Positions 49,901 through 61,000 of a stretch of DNA of 64,000 nucleotides are shown here, piece after piece. The stretch covers positions 33,854,001-33,918,000 of the forward strand of contig OZ249440.1 in the NCBI GenBank assembly GCA_965235115.1. Reading direction: 5' to 3'. Under the pieces are notes generated by a model that worked only from the letters and a program-made list of their open reading frames with translations, searched no databases and had not been told where the DNA came from. This DNA is from Laetmonice hystrix. Its lineage: Eukaryota. Positions within the stretch are counted from its first letter, which is position 1. Every line of letters starts with the position of its first letter. Both the position numbers and the translations under genes were made by a program.

Positions 49901-52220
49901 AGCCTATGCCTACATTTTCGAGTTGGTGTACACATTGTGAATGGGTCAGCTAGCTATGTGGAAAGGAGGCCATAGAAGCTGACTTCTGGGTGACTTTTGA
50001 GGAGAAAAGGCGAAATCCTGTGTCGTCTTGTCTGAATTTCAGAAGACATTCAGGTTAAAATAATAAAGGGACTGGTGCATCAGCCAAATCACACACGGAG
50101 AAGGCAGGTTGTTGGTTGGCCTTCACGCACTGCAGCGAGGCTGGGGCTGCAGATTAGGACTTTAATTGAAAACGATGTGAATGTGATCAAGAGGCAAGAG
50201 CCAAGAGGCAAGAGCCAAGAGCCAAGAGGCAAGAGCCAAGAGGCAAGAGCCAAGAGGCAAGAGCCAAAAGGCAAGAGCCAAGAGGCAAGAGCCAAGAGGC
50301 AAGAGCCAAGAGGCAAGAGCCAAGAGGCAAGAGCCAAGAGGCAAGAGCCAGGAGCCAAGAGCCAAGAGGCAAGAGCCAAGAGCCAAGAGGCAAGAGCCAA
50401 GAGGCTAGAGCCAAGAGCCAAGAGTCAGACAAAAACTGGTACATGAGTAAAAGAGGCAAGAGCCAAGAGGCAAAAGCCAAGAGCCAAGAGGCAAGAGCCA
50501 AGAGGCAAGAGCCAAGAGGCAAGAGCCAAGAGGCAAGAGGCAAGAGCCAAGAGGCAAGAGCCAAGAGCCAAGAGCCAAGAGGCAAGAGCCAAGAGGCAAG
50601 AGGCAAGAGCCAAGAGGCAAGAGCCAAGAGGCTGGAGCCAAGAGCCAAGAGTCAGACAAAAACTGGTACATGAGTATAACAATAAAGATACAAACCAAGG
50701 CTGTCGAAGTGACTTGGGTTTAAACATGATATGGCTGAAAAAACTGGTGAATGAGTATAACAATAAGGGACACAAACCAAGGATGTCAACATGCTCAGGT
50801 TTTAAACACGAAATCGCTGACAAAAACTGGTACATCAGTATAAGAATAAAAACACAAATCAAGCCTGTCGAAATGACTTGGGTTTAAACATGATATGGCT
50901 GAAAAAACTGGTGAATGAGTATAACAATAAGGCACACAAACCAAGGATGTCAACATGCTCAGGTTTAAACACGAAATCGCTGACAAAAACTGGTACATCA
51001 GATAACAAGACGCAGTTCAAGGATGGCGACAAGCTCAGATTTAAACCCAAAATTGCTGACAAAAACTGGTACATCAGTAACAATAAAGACACAAGCCAAG
51101 GCTTTCGAAATGACTTGGGTTTAAACATGATATGGCTGAAAAAACTGGTGAATGAGTATAACAATAAGGGACACAAACCAAGGGTGCCAACATGCTCAGG
51201 TTTAAACATGAAATCACGGACAACACTGGTACATAAACACAATAACCAAGGATGTCAACATGTTCAGGTGAAACACGAAATTCCTGAGAAAAACTGGTAC
51301 ATCAGTATAACAAAAAGACACAAACCAAGGCTGTCGAAGTGACTTGGGTTTATACATGATACGGCTGAAAAAACTGGTGAACACAAAGAAAGCCCAAGGA
51401 TGTCCACATAAAAATTGCATCACTAAACTGGTAAGGATGGGATAGCTATTGGGGAGGAGGAGGCCATAGTAACAAAACAGATCAGGACATTTATATAGGT
51501 ATAGGTACAGCCAGTTGCTACAGAATGAATATCAGACCAACCTCACCATCAAAACAATATCAAAACTAAACTGGTGAAGTTTGTGAAGCCTATGCCTACA
51601 TTTTCGAGTTGGTGTACACATTGTGAATGGATCAGATGGCTATGTGGAAAGGAGGCCATAGAAGCTGACTTCTGGGTGACTTTTGAGGAGAAAAGGTGAA
51701 ATCCTGAGTGGTCTTGTCTGAATTTCAGAAGACATTCAGGTTAAAATAATAAAGGGACTGGTGCATCAGCCAAATCACACACGGAGAAGGCAGGTTGTTG
51801 GTTGGCCTTCACGCACTGCAGCGAGGCTGGGGCTGCAGATTAGGACTTTAATTGAAAACGATGTGAATGTGATCAAGAGGCAAGAGGCAAGAGGCAAGAG
51901 CTAAGAGCCAAGAGGCAAGAGGCAAGAGCCAAGAGGCAAGAGCCAAGAGGCAAGAGGCAAGAGCCAAGAGCCAACAGGCAAGAGCCAACAGGCAAGAGCC
52001 AAGGGCCAAAGGCCAAGAGGCAAGAGCCAAGAGGCAAGAAGACCCAAGAGGCAAGAGCCAAGAGGCAAGGGCCAAGAGCCAAGAGCCAAGAGGCAAGAAG
52101 ACCCAAGAGGCAAGAGCCAAGAGGCAAGAGACAAGAGCCAAGAGGCAAGGGCCAAGAGCCAAGAGCCAAGAGGCAAGAGCCAAGGGCCAAGAGGCAAGAG
52201 GCAAGAGCCAAGAGGCAAGA
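46915..52220 (+). repeat. Composite satellite: heptamer tracts (CCAAGAG/GCAAGAG) alternating with AAAACTGGT-anchored repeats and a ~450 bp spacer present three times
   Basis: Heptamers at 46915-47148, 49132-49602, 50188-50651, 51874-52220. A 468 bp duplication (47451 vs 47919), a 1056 bp duplication (48609 vs 49665), and the third spacer at ~51430-51873. Confidence 0.92.
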
Positions 52221-52978
52221 GAAAGACCAAGAGCAAGACCAAGAGAAAGACCAAGAGCAAGACCAAGAGCAAGACCAAGAGCAAGACCTAGAGCAAGACC
52301 AAGAGCAAGACCAACACCAAGACCAAGAAGAAGACCAAGAAGAAGACCAAGAGCAAGACCAAGAGCAAGACCAAGACCAAGACCAAGACCAAGAAGAAGA
52401 GCAAGACCAAGACCAAGACCAAGAAGAAGACCAAGAGCAAGACCAAGAGCAAGACATAGAGCAACACCAAGAGCAAGAGCAACACCAAGACTAAGAAGAA
52501 GACCAAGACCAAGACCAAGAAGAAGACAAAGACCAGGAGCAAGAGCAAGACCAAGACCAAGAGCAAGACCAAGAGCAAGACCAAGACCAAGAGCAAGACC
52601 AAGACCAAGAGCAAGACCAAGACCAGAAGCAAGACCAGAAGCAAGACCAAGAGCAAGACCAAGAGCAAGACCAAGAGCAAGAGCAAAATCAAGACCAAGA
52701 GCAAGACCAACACCAAGACCAAGAAGAAGACCCACACCAAGACCAAAAAGAAGACCAAGAAGAAGACCAAGAAGAAGACCAAGACCAAGAGCAAGACCAA
52801 GAGCAAGAGCAAGACCAATACGAAGACCAGGACCAAGAAGAAGAGACCAAGAAGAAGCCCAAGACGAAGAAGAAGACCAAGACGAAGAAGAAGACCAAGA
52901 AGAAGACCAACAGCAAGACCAACAGCAAGACCAAGAGCAAGACCAAGAGCAAGACCAAGAGCAAGACCAAGAGCAAGA
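52221..52978 (+). repeat. Hexamer satellite, left flank of the LINE
   Basis: Read directly. Confidence 0.97.
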
Positions 52979-53101
52979 TGGCGGCGGTGTGACCACAGGC
53001 AGTAGGAGTGGGAGAAATTTGGATTACCTTTCCTAATTTGGAGAACTGCTTTCAAGCAATTTGAAGGAGTTGGAGTATACATTACATTCCCGAGAATTAC
53101 C

Positions 53102-54409
53102 ATGGCCTCAGGAGAGATGAATTTGGACTCAGCAGGAAGAATTACACGCAGTTCTGCGTTACACACCGGTACAGAGCGAGGTAAGCCGACGGAACAAGGC
53201 CTTGATTTCCAATCCTTTGTTAGAGAAAGTCTAACCCTACTCAACGCTGTGCCTGCTGAACTGAAATCGGTCAAGGATGCTGTGGACACTCTTATTAAAG
53301 ACAGATCGGACATGCAAACACATATGGATACCTTATCACATGAATTAAAGGAATTGAAAGTAACAATTGATGATCAGAAACATGAGGTGGTCGCGTTACG
53401 AGCGGAAATCAAGGAGGCACATGTATGCAATCAAGGCCTCGTTGTTCAAAACTCTGAACTGAAAGAAGAAAATCTCAAACTCGAAACCTATATGCGCAGG
53501 CAAAACCTTGTTATTGAAGGCCTTGAGGAATCCGATAACGAAAATGTATTGGAGAAGATGATTACACGGCTGACTGATGCATGTAAAATCAACCTGAGAC
53601 CAAATGAAATTGATAAAATACACAGGTTTGGGAAAGCAGTGGCTGGGAGACCTCGCCCCATCTTGATACGATTTATGTCACACTCATGCCGGGACAGAAT
53701 ATTGCTCTCTTACCGTAGTCTAAAGGAAAAACCAGCCAATTTATATGTCAATGAAGACCTCCCTTATGAAATAAAAATGCGCAGGTCCGATATTAGAGCA
53801 GTCGCCAAGCAAGCCAAATCGTCTGGCGCGAAAGTAAAACTTCAAGGAGATCGGGTCCTGATTGACAATAGGGTGTTTACATTTGATACACTGGGAAATG
53901 TACCACCTCAGTATAGCATTGAAGCCGCTCGTACGGTCAGAGTAAATGAGGACACGACAGCCTTCTATAGCAAGCACTCTGTTCTGAGTAACTTTTATCC
54001 GGTGAAACTCACTATCGACGGTTGCACCTATAATAGTGTGGAACAGCTGTACCAGTACAAGAAAGCCAAATCAGCGGGTCGTGACGAAGTAGCATCGAAG
54101 ATTAAACGTGAAACTGACTGTGTTGTTATTAAAAGACTGGGGGACTCGATACCAAACATTCAAGGATCTACGTGGGAAACAGACAAACTTAGGGTGATGC
54201 AGCAGGCTGTGTACGAAAAGTTTCATCGAAATTTGCACCTCCGCGATTACCTTCTTAAGACTGGGAAAACAACACTTGTTGAAGCAACAAGAGACTTTTT
54301 CTGGGGGGCAGGGGCAACGCTCACCTCTACTGAAATAAGAACCAAGACCTGGAAGGGCAGAAATCAACTTGGAGAAATACTCATGAATGTCCGAGCCAAT
54401 TTAAATTAA
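53102..54409 (+). CDS. LINE ORF1p: coiled coil + L1-type RRM/CTD + C-terminal NADAR (YbiA-like) domain
   Basis: Heptad region, then RRQNLVIEGLEE, IDKIHRFG, PRPILIRF, LYVNEDLP. From aa ~288: LSNFYP, YNSVEQLYQYKKA, KRLG, EKF, LLKTGKTTLVEATRDFFWGAG, GRNQLGEILMNVR. Confidence 0.92.
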   Translation: MASGEMNLDSAGRITRSSALHTGTERGKPTEQGLDFQSFVRESLTLLNAVPAELKSVKDAVDTLIKDRSDMQTHMDTLSHELKELKVTIDDQKHEVVALRAEIKEAHVCNQGLVVQNSELKEENLKLETYMRRQNLVIEGLEESDNENVLEKMITRLTDACKINLRPNEIDKIHRFGKAVAGRPRPILIRFMSHSCRDRILLSYRSLKEKPANLYVNEDLPYEIKMRRSDIRAVAKQAKSSGAKVKLQGDRVLIDNRVFTFDTLGNVPPQYSIEAARTVRVNEDTTAFYSKHSVLSNFYPVKLTIDGCTYNSVEQLYQYKKAKSAGRDEVASKIKRETDCVVIKRLGDSIPNIQGSTWETDKLRVMQQAVYEKFHRNLHLRDYLLKTGKTTLVEATRDFFWGAGATLTSTEIRTKTWKGRNQLGEILMNVRANLN

Positions 54410-54998
54410 CAAACACTAAGTCAGATTGAACTGTCGTTGTCTGGTATGGACTTCAAACTATTGGGGCTATCTACTATCATAATATTGCATTATCCACTCC
54501 TCTTCAGCATAAACTGATAAGAACCTATATTGTAACCTATACTATGTTACCCACACCAATGGATTATATATAGTGTGACTTGGCAAAGTGCCACTATGTT
54601 TTTCCAAAGTAAGCTGTTTATTATAATATATGTATCTCTTCTTCTATATTCTACTAGTTTTAAGTGTGAAATACCTATTTTTTCACATTTTGTATGTTTT
54701 TCTTTAGGTAGGTTAGGTCTAAGTCTCGGACAATGTGATGTGTGTCTCCTCTCGGAACAAAGTACTACTCTTAGATTGTACTTTCAGCATCTTAGAACGA
54801 TCTGCACTATACCGCACCATTGTTATAAATGTCCAAACAGATTTTGTGCTATATGTTGTACATATGATGCTTTCTTGGTAATTATAGTAATTAAACACCG
54901 GCTTATTAACCTCACAAAGAATATTTACCAAATAATAATAATTGTACAGTATAGATCCCTTGTAAATATAATTGTATGTAGAAGACGTGTATATAGAT

Positions 54999-57914
54999 AT
55001 GGGTGATAATGGTATAGATGATGGAGATAGTATTCATGAAGAAGATCTGGATAATATAACTATAGATGAATTCTCAAACTTAAAAGGATTTAAAATCATG
55101 CATTTAAATATTAGAAGTTTATATCCTAAATTAGATATTATTCGTAATAGCTTTACTCCTCACACCAATATATTATGTTTTACTGAAACTTGGTTTAAAG
55201 CTGAATTAATACAAGAACTCACACAAATAGAAGGTTATAATCTAATTAGGAATGACCGTGGTCGGAAAAGAGGAGGTGGTACATGTATTTTCTTGAGAGA
55301 TGAAATCACATATGATATTTTCAAGCAGGTTTCAGACATTGATATTGAAATGCAAGTAGTAATTATTGCTGGTATTAATGCTAAGAAAATTGTATTAATG
55401 AATTGCTACAGGCCGCCTAATGGCAATCCCGAAAACGCTCTAAACTCTATTAAAACATGTCTTTACCAAATAGATACATTAGATAGATATGAAATTGTAA
55501 TAGTAGGGGACTTAAATATTGATTATCTGGATGTCAACTCTGATTATCACAAGTCACTTACATCAATTGAAGATGAATTTAATTTGAAACAGATAATTAA
55601 GAAGAGCACGAGAATACATAGAGGTGGCAGTTCATTAATCGATGTTATTTTCACTAATATAAAAAACATTTATGCGTCAGGTTGTATCGAGTATAATGTA
55701 AGTGACCATTTGCCCATATATGTAATTAAAAAAAGAAAGCACATCACCAGAGAGAAAATGTATGTTCGATGTAGAAGTTATAAATACTATGATAAGAATA
55801 AGTTTCAAGACAATTTAAAAAAGTTGGATTGGTCTATATTGGATCTACTTGACAATATAGATGATATATGGGGAATGATATACAAGGCTATTGAATATGA
55901 GGTTAACCATATGTGCCCTTATAAAATGATTAAAGTAAATGTTAATAGACCTGAATGGATGAATAGAGAGTTACTTGAATTCGAAGTAAACAGAGATATC
56001 TTGTTTAAAATATATAAGAGGAATAAATCACAAAGAAATTACGATAAAGCTTCACATGCACGTAAGGTATATAACACCATGGTAAAAGAGGCAAAACAAA
56101 ATTATACATTATCCAAGTTAAAGGAACATGAGAAAGATCAGAACATGTTTTGGAAAGATATTAAAAAACTTATTCCTGATCTAAATAGTAAAAAGGTTGA
56201 CGCCATTATTAACCCTTCCACACATGAATTATGTTATGGTAAAGAAGCAAATGATGTTATGAACAATTATTTTGTAAATATTGGTAAAAATCTTGCTGAC
56301 AAATTACCAGCATCAAATATAGACTTAAACCATTACGAAAAAAGTCGCATGAATCTTTGTGTATTTGAAGAATTTACAAAGGAACAGTTGCTTAAAATTC
56401 TTAAGGAAATCTCATTAACAAAATCATCAGGCTTAGATGAAATTAGTACAAGATTACTAGTAGATGCGTTTTACAGTATCCCTGATATTTTGGTAAAATT
56501 TTATAATTTCTCCCTTAAAACTTCTCAGATACCTGATTGCTTTAAAATGTCCAAGGTAACACCACTGCCCAAAAAGGGCGACATTACACAAGTGGGTAAT
56601 TTAAGACCGATATCGAATACGCCTCTTCCCTCAAAAATCTTAGAAAAACATGTAAACAACGTACTTTATAAATATATGGAAGACAATAACCTCTTTTTTA
56701 AACATCAAAATGGTTTTAGGAAAGGAAAGTCAACGATCCGGGCCGTGAACAATATCGTGAATAAATTATATGATCACAGAAACAATGGAGAATACAGTAT
56801 AGTAATATTCCTCGATCTAGCAAAAGCTTTTAATTGCGTAAATCACGATATACTATGTGGGAAATTGGATAAGCTTGGTATTACTGGATGCTGTAAAAAA
56901 TGGATTATTGAATATTTAAGGAATAGACAGCAATATGTAAAAAACGGGGGTGTAAAATCTGACTGTCAAACTATAAACTATGGGATACCGCAGGGAAGTG
57001 TACTAGGACCTCTTATCTATTTGTTATACGTCAATGATATCATGGATAGTCACATTACGTCCGATCTGTCTATGTTTGCAGACGATACTGGTATGATAGC
57101 ACATGGTGACAATTTGTCAGATGTTGCATCACAAATCAAAAATGATATTGGGAAGCTAATTGAATGGTTCAATGCTAATAAGCTTACGGTTAACCTAGAG
57201 AAAACAAAATGCATGTATTTCAGCAAGTTTATAAATGACCAGAGGGAATTACCTCAGATTACTGTTAATGATGTCCAATTAGATTTTGTAAGAAACTTTT
57301 CATATCTTGGTATAATCTTAGATGATAAACTTCAATTCAATGATCACATCAAAAATAGTATAAAAAAAGCAGGACACAAAGTATATATGTTATCAAGAAT
57401 TAGACAATATATTAATAATAACACAGCTCTAACTATTTTTAAATCGATGATCTTACCTTATATTGAATATGGTAATATTTTTAATGGCACATGTAATGAA
57501 AATTATAAACATAAGTTACAGGTCATACAAAATAGTGGGCTCAAAATTGCACTCAATAGAAATATTCTATGGAACACAGTAGATCTACATATTGAAGCTA
57601 AGCTACTTCCTTGCAAATATCGAAGATTAATCATGTTACAGAAAACTACTTTTAACGAAATTATTGACAATACAGCATTAGTAGATCGAAGGGAAGTGGT
57701 AACCAGAGCTCATGATGGCATACTACTCCAGGTGCCTAACCCTCATAGCGAACTCTTTAAAAAATCTAATTGTTACTATAAATCAATAATTTGGAATAAT
57801 CTACCTGTTTACATTAGACTTATCACAAACATTGATGAATTTAAATCAGAAATTAAGAAATATTATGTCAGTATGTTCTTCATGGATAACAATCGGGATA
57901 TCCATCATTGGTAA
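54999..57914 (+). CDS. LINE ORF2p: apurinic endonuclease + reverse transcriptase
   Basis: First ATG at 54999. APE motifs: HLNIRSL, FTETW, YRPP, GDLNID, IDVIF, SDH. RT motifs: LRPIS, QNGFR, DLAKAF, GIPQGSVLGP, FADD. No stops. Confidence 0.96.
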   Translation: MGDNGIDDGDSIHEEDLDNITIDEFSNLKGFKIMHLNIRSLYPKLDIIRNSFTPHTNILCFTETWFKAELIQELTQIEGYNLIRNDRGRKRGGGTCIFLRDEITYDIFKQVSDIDIEMQVVIIAGINAKKIVLMNCYRPPNGNPENALNSIKTCLYQIDTLDRYEIVIVGDLNIDYLDVNSDYHKSLTSIEDEFNLKQIIKKSTRIHRGGSSLIDVIFTNIKNIYASGCIEYNVSDHLPIYVIKKRKHITREKMYVRCRSYKYYDKNKFQDNLKKLDWSILDLLDNIDDIWGMIYKAIEYEVNHMCPYKMIKVNVNRPEWMNRELLEFEVNRDILFKIYKRNKSQRNYDKASHARKVYNTMVKEAKQNYTLSKLKEHEKDQNMFWKDIKKLIPDLNSKKVDAIINPSTHELCYGKEANDVMNNYFVNIGKNLADKLPASNIDLNHYEKSRMNLCVFEEFTKEQLLKILKEISLTKSSGLDEISTRLLVDAFYSIPDILVKFYNFSLKTSQIPDCFKMSKVTPLPKKGDITQVGNLRPISNTPLPSKILEKHVNNVLYKYMEDNNLFFKHQNGFRKGKSTIRAVNNIVNKLYDHRNNGEYSIVIFLDLAKAFNCVNHDILCGKLDKLGITGCCKKWIIEYLRNRQQYVKNGGVKSDCQTINYGIPQGSVLGPLIYLLYVNDIMDSHITSDLSMFADDTGMIAHGDNLSDVASQIKNDIGKLIEWFNANKLTVNLEKTKCMYFSKFINDQRELPQITVNDVQLDFVRNFSYLGIILDDKLQFNDHIKNSIKKAGHKVYMLSRIRQYINNNTALTIFKSMILPYIEYGNIFNGTCNENYKHKLQVIQNSGLKIALNRNILWNTVDLHIEAKLLPCKYRRLIMLQKTTFNEIIDNTALVDRREVVTRAHDGILLQVPNPHSELFKKSNCYYKSIIWNNLPVYIRLITNIDEFKSEIKKYYVSMFFMDNNRDIHHW

Positions 57915-58014
57915 TAAATTAAAAGCTGTAAAATATGACAATGTATATAGAATACCTATACTGCTATGCTAAATGAATGAATCACGGGATCTATACGAAT
58001 ACTGTAATATAAGG

Positions 58015-58097
58015 CAGGGGCCTGCATTTGTGACGGCATTTAGTCGAGCAGGACTCCCTGGGTAAAGATGATCAATAAAAAAAAAAAAAAAAAAAAA
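58015..58097 (+). terminator. LINE 3' end: stem-loop, polyadenylation signal and poly(A)
   Basis: CAGGGGCCTGC (58015-25) can pair with GCAGGACTCCCTG (58048-60). AATAAA at 58074, A run to 58097. Confidence 0.75.
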
Positions 58098-61000
58098 GAG
58101 CAAGACCAAGAGCAAGACCAAGACCAAGACCAAGACCAAGAGCAAGAAGAAGACCAGGAGCAAGACCAAGAGCAGGAGCAAGGCCGAGAGCAAGAGCAAG
58201 AACGAGAGCAAGACGAGGAGCAAGACCAGGACCAAGACCAAGACCAAGACCAAGACGACGACCAAGAAAAAGACCAGGAGCAAGACCAAGAGCAAGACCA
58301 GGAGCAAGACAAGGAGCAAGACCAAGAGCAAGAGCAAGAGCAAGACCAAGACGAATCCCAAGACCAAGAAGAAGACCAAGACCAAGAAGAAGACCAAGAA
58401 GAAGACCAAGAAGAAGATCAAGACCAGGAGCAAGACCAAGAGCAAGACCAAGTGCAAGAGCAAGACCAAGAGCAAGGCCAGGAGCAAGACCAAGAGCAAG
58501 ACCAAGAGCAAGACCAAGAGCAAGACCAAGACCAAGAAGAAGACCAAGAGCAAGACCAAGAGTAAGACCAAGACCAGGAGCAAGACCAAGAACAAGACCA
58601 AGAACAAGACCAGGACCAAGACCAAGACCAGGACCAAGACCAAGACGAAGAGCAAGACTAAGAACAAGACCAAGAACAAGGCCAAGAAGAAGACCAAGAA
58701 GAAGACCAGGAGCAAGACCAAGAGCAGGAGCAAGAGTAAGACCAAGAGCAAGACCAAGACCAAGAGCAAGACCAGGAGCAAGACCAAGAGCAAGACCAAG
58801 AGCAAGACCAAGGCCAAGACCAACAGAAAGACCAACAGCAAGAGCAAGAAGAAAACCAAGACCAAGAAGAAGACCAAGAAGAAGACCAAGAAGAAGACCA
58901 AGAGCAAGAGCAAGAGCAAGACCAAGAGCAAGACCAAGAGCAAGACCAAGAGCAACACCAAGACGAATACCAAGACCAAGAAGAAGACCAAGACGAAGAA
59001 GAAGACCAAGAAGAAGACCAAGAAGAAGACCAAGACCAGGAGCAAGACCAGGAGCAAGACCAAGTGCAAGACCAAGACCAAGAGCAAGACCAAGAGCAAG
59101 ACCAAGACCAAGAAGAAGACCAAGAAGAAGACCAAGACCAGGAGCAAGACCAAGAGCAAGACCAAGAGCAAGACCAAGACCTAGAAGAAGACCAGGAGCA
59201 AGACCAAGAGCATGAGCAAGACCAAGACCAAGACCAGGAGCAAGACCAGGAGCAAGACCAAGAGCAAGAGCAAGAGCAAGAGCAAGACCAAGACGAATCC
59301 CAAGACCAAGAAGAAGACCAAGACCAAGAAGAAGACCAAGACCAAGAAGAAGACCAAGAAGAAGACCAAGAAGAAGACCAAGAAGAAGACCAAGACCAGG
59401 AGCAACACCAAGAGCAAGACCAAGTGCAAGAGCAAGACCAAGACCAAGAGCAAGACCAGGAGCAAAACCAAGAGCAAGACCAAGAGCAAGACCAAGAGCA
59501 AGACCAAGACCAAGACCAAGAAGAAGACCAAGAGCAAGACCAAGAGTAAGACCAAGAACAGGAGTAACCAATAACAAGACCAAGAGCAAGACCAGGACCA
59601 AGACCAGGACCAAGACCAAGACCAGGACCAAGACTAAGAGCAAGACTAAGAACAAGACCAAGAACAAGGCCAAGACCAAGAAGAAGACCAAGAAGAAGAC
59701 CAGGAGCCAGACCAAGAGCAGGAGCAAGAGTAAGACCAAGAGCAAGACCAAGACCAGGAGCAAGACCAGGAGCAAGACCAAGAGCAAGACCAAGACCAAG
59801 AGCAAGAGCAAGAAGAAGACCAAGACCAAGAAGAAGACCAAGAAGAAGACCAAGAAGAAGCCCAAGAGCAAGACCAAGAGCAAGACCAAGCGCAAGAGCA
59901 AGAAGAAGACCAAGACCAAGAAGAAGACCAAGAAGAAGACCAAGAGCAAAACCAAGAGCAAGACCAAGACCAAGAGCAAGACCAAGAGCAAGACTAAGAG
60001 CAAGACCGAGAACAAGACCAAGAACAAGACCAAGAGCAAGACCAAGAGCAAGACCAAGAGCAAGACCAAGAGCAAGACCAAGAGCAAGAGCAAGACCAAG
60101 AGCAAGACCAAGAAGATGACCAAGACCAAGACCACGACCAAGAAGAAGACCAAGACCAAGACCAAGAGCAAGACGAAGAGCAAGACCAAGAGCAAGACCA
60201 AGAGCAAGACCAAGACCAGGAGCAAGACCAAGAGCAAGACCAAGAGCAAGACCAAGAGCAAGACCAAGAACAAGACCAAGAACAAGACCAGGAACAAGAA
60301 GAAGACCAAGAAGACCGAGAAGAAGACCAGGAGCAAGACCAAGAGCAAGACCAAGAGCAAGAGCAAGACCAAGAGCAAGACCAAGAGTAAGACCAAGACG
60401 AAGACCAAGACCAAGAACAAGAACAAGACCAAGAGCAAGACCGAGAGCAGCACCAAGACGAAGACCAAGCCCAAAGACAAGCCCAAGACCAAGAAGAAGA
60501 CCAAGAAGAAGAGCAAGACCAAGAGCAAGACCAAGAGCAAGACCAAGACCAGGAGCAAGACCAAGAGCAAGACCAAGAGCAAGACCAGGGGCAAGACCAA
60601 GAGCAAGACCAAGAGGAAAAGCAAGACCAGGGCAAGACCAAGAGCAAGACCAAGAGCAAGAGCAAGACCAAGAGCAAGACCAAGAACAAGACCAAGAGCA
60701 AGACCAAGAACAAGAACAAGACCAAGACCAAGAAGAAGTCAAGAAGAAGACCAAGAGCAAGACCAAGAGCAAGACCAAGAGCAAGACCAGGAGCAAGACC
60801 AAGAGCAAGACCAAGTGCAAGAGCAAGACCAAGACCAAGAGCAAGACCAGGAGCAAGACCAAGAGCAAGACCAAGAGCAAGACCAAGAGCAAGACCAAGA
60901 CCAAGAGATGGACCAAGACGAAGACCAAGACCAAGAGCAAGACCAAGAGCAAGAGCAAGACCGAGAGCAAGACCACGAGCAAGACCAAGAGCAAGACCAA

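Larger units (their letters stand above)
52974..58097 (+). mobile_element. Apparently full-length, intact LINE (CR1/L2 group) with NADAR-fused ORF1
   Basis: Short 5'UTR starting CAAGATGGCGGC, intact ORF1 and ORF2, 3' stem-loop, AATAAA and a pure A tail, with satellite on both sides. Confidence 0.95.

Noticed and set aside
47451..51423. ~150 aa ORFs in the AAAACTGGT repeats
   Set aside because: Repeat-derived, with no recognisable domain, and broken differently in each copy.
53955..54409. NADAR as bacterial contamination or a DarT-NADAR toxin-antitoxin operon
   Set aside because: It is fused in frame to a LINE ORF1 within a polyadenylated element, and no ADP-ribosyltransferase partner is visible in the window.
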